A stretch of 64,000 nt of DNA from an uncultured Acidimicrobiales bacterium (GTDB lineage Bacteria > Actinomycetota > Acidimicrobiia > Acidimicrobiales > VFJN01), in NCBI GenBank assembly GCA_963802385.1, contig CAWDIO010000015.1:73179-137178 (forward strand). The letters run 5' to 3'. Under the pieces are notes generated by a model that was not told the DNA's origin, did no database searches, and was given only the letters and a program-made list of their open reading frames with translations. Shown here one piece after another: positions 1 to 12,060 of this stretch. Each line of letters opens with the position of its first letter. Position 1 is the stretch's first letter. Position numbers and translations under genes: made by a program.

Positions 1-711
1 ACGCCACGACCTCGTCCCGCCCGGCCACCACGTCCGCCAGCCGGTCCAGCGGCACCTCCAGCCGGGCGGTGTCGCCGTAGTGCCGGACCCGCACCGCGCC
101 GAAGCCGAGCCGCCGCAGGCCGGCCTCGGCCCGCTCCACGGCCGACAGCCGGGCCAGGGTCACCGGCGTGCCGTAGGGCAGCCGGGAGGCCAGGCACGCG
201 GCCGCGGGCTTGTCCCACGTGCGCAGCCCGAGGCGCTGCGACCAGTCCCTCACGTCGGCCTTGGCGAAGCCGGCGTCGACCAGCGGGAAGGCCGCCCCCC
301 GCTCGGCCGCGGCCCGCTGCCCGGGCCGGTGGTCCCCCAGGTCGTCGAGGTTGACCCCCAGCACCACGGTCGCGCCCCGCGCCTCCGCCAGCGGCCCGGC
401 CGCCCGCAGCAGCGCGTCCTTGCACCAGTAGCAGCGGTCGCCGTCGTTGGCCCGGTAGGCCGCCTCGGCCATCTCGTCCGTCTCGACCTCCCGCCAGGCC
501 AGCCCCCATTCGGCCGCCAGCTCGGCGCATTCTCCCGCTCGGCCCCGGCCAGCGACGGCGACACCGCGGTCACGGCCAGCGCCCGCTCGCCCCCCAGCGT
601 GTCGTGCGCCACCCAGGCCAGGAAGGCCGAGTCGGCCCCGCCCGAGAACGCCACCACCACCCGGCCCAGCCCCCGCAGCCGGTCCCGCAGCCCATCCAGC
701 GACGCCGTCAC
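1..711 (-). CDS. larE: LarE-like ATP-dependent sacrificial sulfur transferase (PP-loop), partial at the window edge, frameshifted
   Basis: N-terminal VVVAFSGGADS PP-loop and AVTAVSPSL. Other frames carry DRCYWCK and KPAAACLASRLPYG, typical of this family. Confidence 0.8.
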
Positions 712-721
712 GGACGCGCCA

Positions 722-1436
722 TCAGTCGGTGACCTCGATGCGGACGCGCTTGTTGCCCTTGCCCTTGGACTCGGTCTTGACCACCCGGACGCGGCCGACC
801 TCGCCGGTGGTGCGGACGTGGGTGCCGCCGTCGGCCTGGCGGTCGAGGCCGACGATGTCGACCACCCGGATCTCGGCCACCGACTCGGGCACCAGGCTCA
901 CCTTGGTGCGGATCAGCGCCTCGTCCAGCACGGCGTCGGCCCGGGGCACGAAGCTCACCTCGATGGGCCGGTCGGCCGCGATCTCCGCCGCCACCAGCTC
1001 CTCCACCCGGGCGCCGAAGCCCTCGGGCGTGGGGTCGAGCTCGAAGTCCATGCGGGCGGACAGCGGCTCCATGTTGCCGCCGGTGACCGGGACCCCCCAC
1101 TCGTGCCAGATCACGCCGCACAGCACGTGCAGCGCGGTGTGGGTGCGCATCAGCCGGTGGCGCCGGTCCCAGTCGATCTCGCCGGTCACCTCGGTGCCGC
1201 GGCGCCGGCACGTCGCCCTCCAGCGTGTGCCACACTGCATCCTCGTGCTTCCGCACCTCGGTGACGACCGCCGTGCCACCGTCCCATGACAGGGTGCCGG
1301 TGTCGTGCGGTTGGCCACCGCCGGTGGCATAGAACACGGTTCGGTCCAGGGCGATCCGCACGCCGTCGACGTGCGTGACCTCGGCGCGCGCGGAACGCAG
1401 GTAGGCATCACGGAGAAACAGCAATTCGGTGGTCAT
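722..1436 (-). CDS. alaX: Alanyl-tRNA editing protein (AlaX), frameshift near 1200
   Basis: LDRTVFYATGGGQPHDTG, MRTHTALHVL (HxxxH) and ADGGTHV motifs, split across two frames. Confidence 0.9.
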
Positions 1437-1560
1437 CGTGATGGTTCCTTAACCGAACTGAGCGCCAGAATGCAACGCGCGCAGTGCCATCAGTGGTAAA
1501 CCTGTCGGGCGCGGAGGGGGTACCTCCGCGCTCAATTTATTCTGGACAGGGGGAAGTGCG

Positions 1561-2888
1561 ATGCGACAGCAAAGCCGTTGGTTGCGGCTTATCGCCGTTC
1601 TCCTCGGGATGACGTTGCTCGCCGCCGCGTGCGGCGACGACGACGACACCGAGGCGAGCGACGATACGACAGAGGACACGGCCGAAGAGAGCGCTGCACC
1701 GGCGACCCGGTCGGTGAGGCCGCCCGAGCTGCGCCGGCGAGAGCGACGGCACCTTCACGATCGGCGCGCTGTTGCCCGAGACGGGCGACCTGGCGTTCCT
1801 CGGGCCGCCCGAGGACGCGGGCGCGCAGCTGGCCGTCGAGGAGATCAACGCCGCCGGCGGCGTCATCGGCCGCCGATCGTGTACCTCGCCCGGCGACTCC
1901 GGCGACTCCGATCCGGACATCGCCAACCCGACGGTGGACGGCCACCTCAAGGCCGACGTCGACATGATCCTCGGCGCCGCCTCGTCCGGCGTCTCCCTGA
2001 ACGTGATCGACAAGATCACCGGCGCCTGCAAGATCCAGTTCTCGCCGGCCAACACGTCGCCGGAGCTCAGCACCTACGACGACGACGACCTGTACTTCCG
2101 CACGGCGCCGTCCGACATCCTCCAGGGCCGGGTGCTCGCCGACCTCATGATCGAGGACGGCAACACCACCGCGGCCTTCCTGGCCCGCCAGGACTCCTAC
2201 GGCGAGGGCCTGCTCGAGGACACCTCCGAGTCCCTTCGAGGACCAGGGTGGCGAGGCCGTGCTGAAGCGGGTCTACGACCCCGAGGCCCAGACCTTCGAG
2301 GCCGAGGTCCAGGCGGTCATCAACGAGGACCCGGACGCCCTGGCGCTGATCGGCTTCGACGAGTCGAGCCGCATCCTGACCGCGCTCTTCGAGCAGGGCT
2401 TCACGCCCGACCAGAAGAAGATCTACCTGGTCGACGGCAACATCGGAACGCCACTGGGCGAGGACTTCGCCGGCCCGGGGCGCTGAACGGCATCAAGGGC
2501 ACCTCGCCCCTGACCGAGCTGAGCGAGGACTTCAAGGCCAGGCTGCGACGGTCGACCCGGCGCTCACCGACTTCCTGTACGGTCCGAGACCTACGACGCC
2601 GTGATGATCACCGCCCTGGCCGCCCAGATCGCCGGCACCGACGACCCCGCGGAGGTCGCCGCCCAGATCAACGGCGTCACCCGCGACGGCGAGAAGTGCA
2701 CGACCTTCGGGCGAGTGCCGGCCCTCATCGAGCGGGGTGAGGACATCGACTACGACGGTGCCTCCGGCCCGCAGGAGTTCAGCCAGAACGGCGAGCCCAC
2801 GCAGGCCAGCTTCGCCATCCTGGTCTACGGCGCAGGACAACCAGATCGACGACGGCGCTCACCGAGTACGTCCAGGCCGCAGATCTGA
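1561..2888 (+). CDS. Branched-chain amino acid-type ABC transporter substrate-binding lipoprotein (several frameshifts)
   Basis: Lipobox LAAAC, LPETGDLAFLGPP, ILGAASSGVS, FRTAPSD and DYDGASGP segments typical of LivK-like binding proteins. Confidence 0.88.
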
Positions 2889-2912
2889 GCGACCGGCCTG
2901 ACGGTGACAGTG

Positions 2913-2946
2913 GAAGGGGGCCGGCCCGCCGGGGCCGGCCCCCTTC
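2913..2946. terminator. Likely bidirectional intrinsic terminator between convergent genes
   Basis: Perfect 15-bp stem gaagggggccggccc / gggccggcccccttc with a 4-nt loop. Confidence 0.8.
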
Positions 2947-2978
2947 ACGTTTGCGCCGGCGCCGGACCCGAGCTCGGC

Positions 2979-3779
<801 letters not shown>

Positions 3780-3790
<11 letters not shown>

Positions 3791-4723
3791 TCGCTCGACT
3801 CCTCCGCGATGGCGGCCTCGGCCTCGGCCAGCTGGCGGTCCTGCTCGGAGCGGTCGAGCGGCGTGCCGTGGTGGGCGCCGAGGTAGGCGTCGATCACCCG
3901 CGGGTTGGCCACGATCGACGCGTGGCGGCCCTCGGCGATGATGCTCGCCCTCGCCCATGACCACCACCCAGTCGCTGATGGTGCGGACCACGTCCATGTC
4001 GTGCTCGACGAACACGACGGTGAGGCCCTCGTCGCGCAGCTCGCTGCACGTGGCCGACGATGGTCTGGGCCAGGGCCGGGTTCACGCCGGCCATCGGCTC
4101 GTCGAGCATGATCAGCTCGGGTCGGACCATCAGCGCCCGGGCCATCTCCAGCAGCTTGCGCTGGCCGCCCGACAGCGTGCCCGCGAACTCGTCGCGCATG
4201 TGGGACAGGTTGAAGCGGCTCGAGCAGCTCCTCGGCCCGCGCCTCGTTCGCCTGTCTCCTGGTCGCGCCACAGCGGGCGCAGCAGCGCCGGGAAGAAGTG
4301 CTCGCCCGGCTGGCCGGCTGGCCCCCAGCTTCATGTTCTCCATGACCGTGAGCCGGGACAGGGCCTTGGTGAGCTGGAACGTGCGCACCATGCCCCGCGG
4401 GCGAGCGGTGTGCGCGCTGGGCCGGTGAGTGCGCTCGCCGTCGAATGTCCACGTGCCCGTGTCGGGCCTGGTCGAAGCCGGTGAGCACGTTGAAGAACGT
4501 GGTCTTGCCGGCGCCGTTGGGGCCGATCAGCGCCGTGATGGCGCCCGCGCTGGACCTCGAGGTGGTCGACGTGGACGGCGGTCGAGGCCGCCGAAGCGGC
4601 GGGTCACGCTGTCGGCCACCAGGATCGGGTCGGGCTTGGCCACGCCCGGCTGCCTCGGCGACGCCGTCGAAGGCGTCGACGGTGCACCCTCGGTGAACCG
4701 GTCGCGTCGGCGTCGGTGCTCAC
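3780..4723 (-). CDS. livG: LivG-like ABC ATP-binding protein (frameshifted, end approximate)
   Basis: LIGPNGAGKTT, VRTFQ, LSGGQRKLLE, LDEPMAGVNP, VEHDM, VIDAYLG. Confidence 0.85.
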
Positions 4724-5726
4724 TCGGGTCCTGCCAGCGCGATCTCGTGCCGGTCGCCGAAGATGCCCTGGGGCCTGAACACCATCAGCAGCACCAGCCC
4801 GAGGCCCACCAGCATGAAGCGCACCTGGCCGACCTGGATGGGGTCCATGATCGAGTCGGGGATGTAGTCGGCGGCCACGGCCTGGCGCAGGACGTTCTCG
4901 GTGAGCGACATGAACCCCCAGAACAGCATCGACCCGACGACCGGGCCCCAGATGCGGGCCGTGCCGCCGAGGATGAGCGCCACGTAGGCGAAGAACGTCG
5001 GGCGGTGCGTAGTTGCTCGGGCTGCACCGACGCCTGGGCCGTGACGAAGAACATGCCGCCGACGGCGCCGATGACGCCGCCCAGCACCAGGCTCTGCATC
5101 TTGTAGCCGTAGACGTTCTTGCCCGAGCGCCCGCACGGCGTCCTCGTCCTCGCGGATGGCCTTGAGCACCCGGCCCCACGGGCTGCGCATCAGCAGGCAC
5201 ACCAGCAGCACCGCCAGCAGCACCAGCGTCCAGCCCGACGAGGAGCACCCACAGTCTGCGGCGCGCTGAACTTGAGGAGCCAGAAGCCGTACTCGCCGCT
5301 GGGGATGGGGTTCGGTGTCGTAGAAGTCGCCGGCGAAGCCGGTCAGGCCGTCGGAGCCGCCCGTGAAGTCCCGCGAGGTCGGCGCGCCCGGATCGTGAGG
5401 CGGAAGATCTCGCCGGCGGCGATCGTCACGATGGCCAGGTAGTCGGCCCGCAGCCGCAGCGTCGGGTATGCCGAGCAGCAGCGCCAGCACCACCGCGGCG
5501 CCGATGCCCAGAACAGGACGCCGACCCACAGCGGGCAGCCCGCACTCGAGCACGCTGATGGCCGACGCCGTAGCCGCCGATGGCCATGAAGCCGACCTGG
5601 CCGAAGTTGAGCAGGCCGGTGTAGCCGAAGTGGACGTTCAGGCCGATGGCGGCCAGGGCGTAGATGATGGCGTCACGCCCGACGGCGGCCGCGAGCGTGT
5701 TCTCGAAGATGGCTGGACCAGTCCAC
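4720..5726 (-). CDS. livM: LivM-like ABC permease (frameshifted)
   Basis: LAAIGLNVHFGYTGLLNFGQ, RSPWGRVLKAIREDEDA, LILGG, FRPQGIFG. Confidence 0.85.
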
Positions 5727-5736
5727 GTGCGCCTCC

Positions 5737-7101
5737 CTACCCGACCCGCTCGGCCTGGCCGAGGATGCCCTGCGGCCGCACCAGCGAGGATGAGGATGAG
5801 GATCAGCAGGGCGCCCACGTTCTTGAGCTCGGGCGGGACCACCAGCGTCGACATCTCGACGACCATGCCCACCACGAGGCTGCCGACCAGGGCGCCGTAG
5901 GCCGTGCCGAGGCCGCCGAGCGTGACCCCGGCGAACATCAGCAGCAGCAGCTGGAAGCCCATCTGCCAGCTCACCTGCTCGGACAGGCCGTAGGAGGATG
6001 CCGCCGAGGGCGGCCAGGCCGGCGCCGGCGGCCCACACGAAGCCGATCGACCCGCTCGACGTCGATGCCCGACGACTCGGCGAGGTCGCGGTTGTCGGCC
6101 ACCGCCCGCATGGCCTTGCCCATGCGGGTGCGCTGCAGGAACACGGCCACGCCGACCAGCACGACGATCGACGAGCCCGATGCCGATGAGGTCGCGGGGC
6201 ACGATCGTGACCGGGCCGATGTCGAGCCCGCTCGTCTGCAGCGTGTACTGGGCGTAGGTCCGGCTGAAGCCCGCCGAACTGGAACTGGAAGATGTAGCGC
6301 AGCAGCAGGCCGAGGCCGATGGTGATGACCAGCATGGCGATGAGGCCGGTGCCCCGGCGGTCGCAGCGGGCGCCAGAAGCAGCGGTCGATGCACGCGCGC
6401 CGGCCAGCACCGCCGATGGCGATCGCGAGCGGGCGCGGCGATCAGCAGGTGCCAGGCCGAAGCGTGACGTTGAACAGGAAGGCCATGAGGGCGCCGAAGG
6501 TGACCATCTCGCCGTGGGCGAAGTTGGTCAGCCCGGTGGTGCCGAAGATCAGCGACAGGCCGATGGCGCACATGGCGATGATCAGGCCGAAGCGGATGCC
6601 CTCGACGCGCGAGCCGCGGGGCGCGGTCGAGCGTCGGTGCTGCCGCCGCCGCCGCCCTCGCCCGAGGTGATGCGGGAACAGCACGGTGCGGGTCTGGCCC
6701 GCGCGCACCGTCGAACGCTCGAGCGTGGCCGGTCCTCGTCCTCGAGCGACATGCCCTCGGGCAGCGTGTCGGGGTCGATGGTGGCCGTGTAGCGGCCCGG
6801 CCCGGGCAGCGCGACCTCGGAACGCGCCCTCCTCGTCGGTGGTGACCGACTCGGGACTCGTCGCCTCGGCTCGGCTCGATGGTGACCTCGACGTCCTCGA
6901 CCGGCACGCCGCTCGCCGTTCTCGTCCTCGTAGCGGAGGGTGCCCCGCACGGCCTCGCCGCGTCGCCGGCTGGGCGTGGTCGCCGCCCGCCGCGCGTGGT
7001 CGTCGTCGTCGGTTGCTCCTGCGCGCCCGGCCGGCGGACGCCAGCGCCAGCACAGGCCACGCGCCAGCGCCAGGACCAGCGCCGACAACCGTCTTCCTCA
7101 T
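5737..7101 (-). CDS. livH: LivH-like ABC permease with an N-terminal extracytoplasmic extension (frameshifted)
   Basis: AIGLSLIFGTTGLTNFAHGEM, RTRMGKAMRAVADN, FAGVTLGGLG. Confidence 0.85.
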
Positions 7102-7187
7102 GTGCACACCGTCCTCGTATCGGACGATCGATCTGATCGATGCGGGGAGTGTAGGTCGGCGCGGCAAGCCGCCAGTGGGCGAGTCGC

Positions 7188-7878
7188 TCAGGTGCCCGAC
7201 CCCGACGGCGGAGAGCACCTCGTCGAGCGTGCCCACCATGCCCGGTCACGAAACGGCCGAACTCTGCGTAGCGGGACGACGCCTCGTCGTAGCGCATGGT
7301 GTACACGCACGCCTTGAGGTCGTCGGGGTGCACCCCGAAGAGGGTGACCCCCCACTCGTAGTCGTCGAGCCCGGTCGAGCCGGTGACGAGCTGCAGCACC
7401 CGCCCGGCGAAGGTGCGCCCGGTGCCGCCGTGGCCGAACATGAGCCGCTCCCGCTCGTCGTAGGGCAGCTCGTACCAGTTGTGGACGTCGCCCCGGCGCT
7501 TGGACATCGGGTAGAAGCAGAACGCCGGCTTCCCCTCGGGCGGGAGCTGCGGGTACAGCCGGGGCTTCTTGCGCTCCTCGGGCATGCCCTCGGCGTACTC
7601 GGACACCTCGGTGAGCGACACGTAGCTGTCCACCACGTCGAGCCCGGCGGCCGTGACCGTCGGTCTGGAAGCGGCGCAGGCGCCACAGGTCGGGGCCGAG
7701 CGCCAGCAGGCACGACGTCGGCCTTGTGGCCCACGAGGGCCACGGGGACGACCTGGTGGTCGTCGGCCTCCACGGCCTTGACTGCGGCGGCCACCTCGCC
7801 CGCGTCGGCCAGCGGCGTGGCCCGCAGAACAGGTGGAGCACGTTCCAGCCGACGGTGGGCGTCAGGGGTGCCGGTCAT
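7188..7878 (-). CDS. hemQ: Chlorite dismutase family protein / coproheme decarboxylase (frameshifted)
   Basis: GHKAD, YVSLTEVSEY, FYPMSKRR, NWY, GLDDYEWGVTL, MRYDEASSRYAEFG. Confidence 0.85.
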
Positions 7879-7934
7879 GGCGCCGAGGCTACCACCGCCC
7901 GGGCCACGGACCCGTGCCAGACTCGCCCGATGCG

Positions 7935-8493
7935 ATGGGCAACGTGATCTGCGCTGTGCGGGACCGGCTGGTGCGTCGGTGGCCGGCCTGCGGCGCCACC
8001 GAGCCGACGACCGCCGACGCGGCCGCGGCCGCAGACGGCGGACACGGTCTGCACGCTGCTGCGGGGCTGGTACAACGACCTGTCCGACCGCATCAACGCC
8101 ACGATGGACAGATCACCGAGGCCGACGACCCCACCACGGCCAACGCGGTCCTGCTGGCCGGCTGGGAGGAGCTGCTCGTCCTGGCCGGGGCCCACGCGCG
8201 AGGAGGCCGAGACCCTCCGCCTGCCCGCGGTCCCGGAGCCGGGAGCCCACCTGCTGGCCGACCTGCAAGCCGGCTCGGCCGAGGCCACCACCGAGCTGGA
8301 AGCCGAGCGGGCCGAGATCGAGGACCGCGCCCCGATCACGGTCGAGCGCCAGGGCGGCGCGCTCGGCGGCGCCAGCTCGCCATCGAGAGGCCCGTCCTGG
8401 GCCGGGCCCCGTGTCGCCGACTACGACCAGCGGACGTGTCGCGAGGCCTTCGCCGACAACGACGGCTGCGACCATGTGGTCCAGCCCGGCTGA
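7935..8493 (+). CDS. Hypothetical helical protein, possibly a lipoprotein (frameshifted)
   Basis: Coding-like segments in alternating frames (ACGATEP, TVCTLLRGWYNDLSD, EAFADNDGCDHV). Confidence 0.5.
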
Positions 8494-8528
8494 GGGCCGG
8501 CGCCGGCCCGGCTGGGCGGCACGCGGCG

Positions 8529-10766
8529 TCAGGGCTCAGGCCGCGCTCGACCGTCACCACCGCGTTGTAGTCGGGGACCTTGGACGTGGGCTCGCGGCGG
8601 TCGGGGCCGGCGGCGATGAGGACGTTGCCCTCGGGCCAGTGGACCTGGAGGGTGCGGGCCGGGAGGCGGGCCGGGGTGACCGTGCCCTCGAAGCTGCCGG
8701 TGGCCGAGCGCAGCACGATCCGGTCGCCGGCGGCCAGCCCGAGGGCGGCGGCGTCGGCCGGGTCCATCATCACCGCGTCGCGGGCCGCGCCGGTGAGCGG
8801 GTCGACCGCGGCCTGGACCATCGAGTTGAACTGCTTGCCCCGCCGCGTCGTCACCACGAAGGCACCCTCGGGCACCTCGGGGACGGGCGGGTCCAGGGCG
8901 GTGAAGCGGCCCCGGCCGCTCGGCGTCGGGAACTCGCCGCCCGCGCACAGGTGGCGGCCGCCCCACTGGACCGCGTCGCCCACCTCGGCCAGGGTCTCGA
9001 TCCCGGCGTAGAACGGCACCACCCGGGCGATCTCGGCCCGCAGGTCGCGCGTTGCTCGGCCACGAGAACATGGTGCGGCGCTCGGGCCGGGCGCGGTTGA
9101 CCACGTCGGCGAACAGGCGCCACTCGCTGCGGGCCTCCCCCACCTGGCGGGGCAGCTCGGGGCTGAAGATGATGCGGCGCTCGGTCGTCGTCTCGGTGCC
9201 GCCGCCCTCCTGCTCGTAGCGGGTCGCCACCGGCAGCAGGACCACGTCGTCGCCCTCCACCAGCATCTGGCTGGTCACCACCACGTCCTGGTGGACCCGC
9301 AGCGGCACCCGGCCCAGCGCGGCCTCGACCGCGGGCGGGTCCGGCATCACGTCGAGGAAGTTGCCGCCCGACATCCACAGCACGTCGAGCTCGCCCCGGC
9401 CCGCCGCCTCCACCATCTCGGGCGCGGTGAGCCCCGGCCGGTCCGGCACCGGGAACCCCCACGCCTCGGCCAGCGCGGCCGCGTGCTCCGGGTCGACCGG
9501 CGCGCCCCCGGCAGGGCCGTGGCGTAGGCGCCCATCTCCGCCCCGCCCTGGACGCCCGAGTGGCCCCGGATGGGCATGAGCCCCACCCCGTCGCGCCCCA
9601 CGCTCCCCTGCGCCAGCGCCAGGTTGACGATCGCCCGCACCGTGTCCGCCGCGCCCGTGTGCTGGGTGATGCCCATGGACCACACGTGGATGGCGCCGCC
9701 CGCCCGCACCAGCTCGTCCACGAAGGCGTCGAGCACCTCGCGGGACACCCCGGCCAGGCCGAGCAGGTGGTCCAGCGTCTGCCGGTCGAGCGCGGCCACC
9801 GCCTCGTCGAAGCCCTCGGTGTGCTCGGCCACGAACGCCTTGTCCACCCCGCCCCGGTCCAGCAGCGCCTTGAGCGTGGCGTTGGCCAGCGCCACGTCCG
9901 CCCCCGGCCGCACCGGCACGTGCAGGTCGCACATCTTCGTGCCGAACACCGCCGACTCGACGTTCGAGGGCACCCAGTAGCGCTCCAGCCCCGGCTCCAG
10001 GTAGGGGTTGACCACCACCACCCGGCAGCCCCGCCGGCGGGCCAGGTACAGGTACTTCATGAACACCGGCTGGTTGTTGGCCGGGTTGGCGCCCCACAGC
10101 ACCACGAGCGGCGCCTCGATCACGTCCTGGAACGAGCAGGTGGTGGCGGCCACGCCCACCGTCTGGCGCAGGCCGACCGTGGAGGGCGCGTGGCACACCC
10201 GGGCGGCGGAGTCGACGTTGGCGATGCCCGAGCGCCCGGGCCGCCTTGGCCGCCGCGTAGTAGGTCTCGTTGGTGAGGCCCCGGCTCGTGAGGTAGAGCG
10301 CCACCCTGTCCGGCTCGGTGGCCCGCAGCCCCGCGGCCACCACCGCCAGCGCCTCGTCCCACGACACCCGCCGGAACCCGGGCTCGCCCCGCCGCCGGCG
10401 CATCGGGTGCCCCAGGCGCCCCAGCGCCCGCAGCTGGGCGCCGCTGCGCCCGGCCAGCGGGGCCAGGTCGGCCAGCAGCAGGGGGTCGATGGCGTCGGCG
10501 GTGTTCAGCTCCAGCAGGTTGAGCCGGGTCGTGCACAGGTGGACCCCGTCGATGGTCCAGTCGTGCAGCCCGGCCACGCCCAGCGCGCAGCCGTCGCATG
10601 CGCCCTTGGTGAGGACCTGCCAGGCGTAGACCGGATGGGCGCGGTTGGCCCAGGCCGCCTTGGTCATGTCCCGGTAGTGGTTCGGCTTCTGCTCGCCCAC
10701 GCCGTTGGGCCGCCAGCCCGCCCACAGCCTGGGGTTCCACCCCCCGAACTGCTCGCGCAGGCTCAC
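8529..10766 (-). CDS. FdhF/YdeP-family molybdopterin oxidoreductase (frameshifted, end approximate)
   Basis: CDGCALG, HLCTTRL, ARVCHAPS, MPIRGHSGVQG, TRRGKQFNS and HWPEGN motifs. The catalytic position is Cys, not Sec. Confidence 0.9.
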   Translation of the reverse strand: MSLREQFGGWNPRLWAGWRPNGVGEQKPNHYRDMTKAAWANRAHPVYAWQVLTKGACDGCALGVAGLHDWTIDGVHLCTTRLNLLELNTADAIDPLLLADLAPLAGRSGAQLRALGRLGHPMRRRRGEPGFRRVSWDEALAVVAAGLRATEPDRVALYLTSRGLTNETYYAAAKAARALGHRQRRLRRPGVPRALHGRPAPDGGRGRHHLLVPGRDRGAARGAVGRQPGQQPAGVHEVPVPGPPAGLPGGGGQPLPGAGAGALLGALERRVGGVRHEDVRPARAGAAGGGRGAGQRHAQGAAGPGRGGQGVRGRAHRGLRRGGGRARPADAGPPARPGRGVPRGARRLRGRAGAGGRRHPRVVHGHHPAHGRGGHGAGDRQPGAGAGERGARRGGAHAHPGPLGRPGRGGDGRLRHGPAGGAPVDPEHAAALAEAWGFPVPDRPGLTAPEMVEAAGRGELDVLWMSGGNFLDVMPDPPAVEAALGRVPLRVHQDVVVTSQMLVEGDDVVLLPVATRYEQEGGGTETTTERRIIFSPELPRQVGEARSEWRLFADVVNRARPERRTMFSWPSNARPAGRDRPGGAVLRRDRDPGRGGRRGPVGRPPPVRGRRVPDAERPGPLHRPGPARPRGARGCLRGDDAAGQAVQLDGPGRGRPAHRRGPRRGDDGPGRRRRPRAGRRRPDRAALGHRQLRGHGHPGPPPGPHPPGPLARGQRPHRRRPRPPRAHVQGPRLQRGGDGRARPEP

Positions 10767-10767
10767 C

Positions 10768-11565
10768 TCACGCCTCCACCGGCGTGTACACGTTGAACCG
10801 GCCGCCGCGGGCGAACCCGCACAGGGTCATGCCCGCCAGCCGCGCCGCGGTCACCGCCAGCGAGGACGGGGCGCTCACCGCGATGACCGTGCCGATGCCC
10901 GCGGCCCACGCCTTCTGCACGATCTCGAAGCTCGCCCGACCGCTCACGTACAGGCCCAGGTCGGCCGCGGGCAGGCCGCCGTCCAGCAGCAGGCGGCCCA
11001 CCACCTTGTCGACCGCGTTGTGGCGGCCGATGTCCTCCCGGCCCAGCACCGGCGCGCCCGCCCGGTCGAAGGCGACGGCCGCGTGCACGCTGCCGGTGAG
11101 GTCGAACAGCTCGGCCTCGCCCGCCATCCGCTCCGGCACGGCGGCCAGGACGTCCAGGGCGAACGGCGCCACCGCCGGCAGCGGGTGCAGCCGCTCCATG
11201 AGCTCGTCGACCGCGGTGGTGCCGCACATGCCGCAGGCCGAGGTGGTGGCGGTCAGCCGGGGCCGGGGCGGCGGCGCCCGGCCGCCGGTGTCCACGCTGA
11301 CCACGTTGAACTCGCTCTCCACCGCCGACCCGGTCCCGCAGTACCGGCAGCGCAGGACGGGGGCGCCGCCCAGCAGGCCATCGCTGTGGCAGAGCCCGGC
11401 CGCCAGCTCGAAGTCGTGGCCCGGCGTGCGCATCGTGGTGGCCACCAGGACGCCGTCGAGGTGGATCTCCAGCGGCTCCTCCACGATGAGCTGGTCGGGA
11501 TGGCGCCGCAGGCCGGAGCCGTCGTAGCGGTGCGTGAGCACCCGGGCGGTGCGTCCCCGTGACAC
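10768..11565 (-). CDS. fdhD: Formate dehydrogenase accessory sulfurtransferase
   Basis: VEEPLEI, TMRTPG, SACGMCG, TGSVHAA, REDIGRHNAVDK, SAPSSLA. Confidence 0.93.
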   Translation of the reverse strand: MSRGRTARVLTHRYDGSGLRRHPDQLIVEEPLEIHLDGVLVATTMRTPGHDFELAAGLCHSDGLLGGAPVLRCRYCGTGSAVESEFNVVSVDTGGRAPPPRPRLTATTSACGMCGTTAVDELMERLHPLPAVAPFALDVLAAVPERMAGEAELFDLTGSVHAAVAFDRAGAPVLGREDIGRHNAVDKVVGRLLLDGGLPAADLGLYVSGRASFEIVQKAWAAGIGTVIAVSAPSSLAVTAARLAGMTLCGFARGGRFNVYTPVEA

Positions 11566-11610
11566 GCGACCGAGGGTATCTGGCCACCCCGCCACTCCCT
11601 TTGGGGGAGG

Positions 11611-12060
11611 ATGTCGGTGGTGGCGAACCCGCCCGAGGCCGAGCCCCAGCCCCTCACCATCCCGCTCCTGCTGCGGCGGGGCCTGGCGCTGCGCTGCCCG
11701 CTGTGCGGCGGTGGCGGGCTGTTCCGCCGCTGGTTCACCATCGTGGAGCGGTGCCCCCGCTGCGGGTTCCGCCTGGAGCGCATCGAGGGGCACTGGCTGG
11801 GAGCCCTGGGGATGAACACCACGGTGAGCTTCACCGCGGTGCTGATCGCGGTGATCGCGGCCGTCGCCCTGACCTGGCCCGACGGCTCGACCACCGCGGC
11901 GGTGATCGGCATCGTGGCCACCGCCGTCATCGTGCCGCTGCTGTTCTTCCCGGTGTCCAAGACGCTGTGGAGCGCCATCGACCTGGCCATGCGGCCCCTG
12001 GAGCCGGAAGACGACGTGGACCCCCGCTGGATCCCGCCGGCCTCACGCCACGAGGCCTGA
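11611..12060 (+). CDS. DUF983-like membrane protein with two CxxC motifs
   Basis: RGLALRCPLCGGGGLF and CPRCG, followed by two hydrophobic helices. Confidence 0.75.
   Translation: MSVVANPPEAEPQPLTIPLLLRRGLALRCPLCGGGGLFRRWFTIVERCPRCGFRLERIEGHWLGALGMNTTVSFTAVLIAVIAAVALTWPDGSTTAAVIGIVATAVIVPLLFFPVSKTLWSAIDLAMRPLEPEDDVDPRWIPPASRHEA

Noticed and set aside
8529-10766. Selenocysteine-containing formate dehydrogenase
   Set aside because: The active-site position is Cys (ARVCH). The breaks are indels, not an in-frame TGA.
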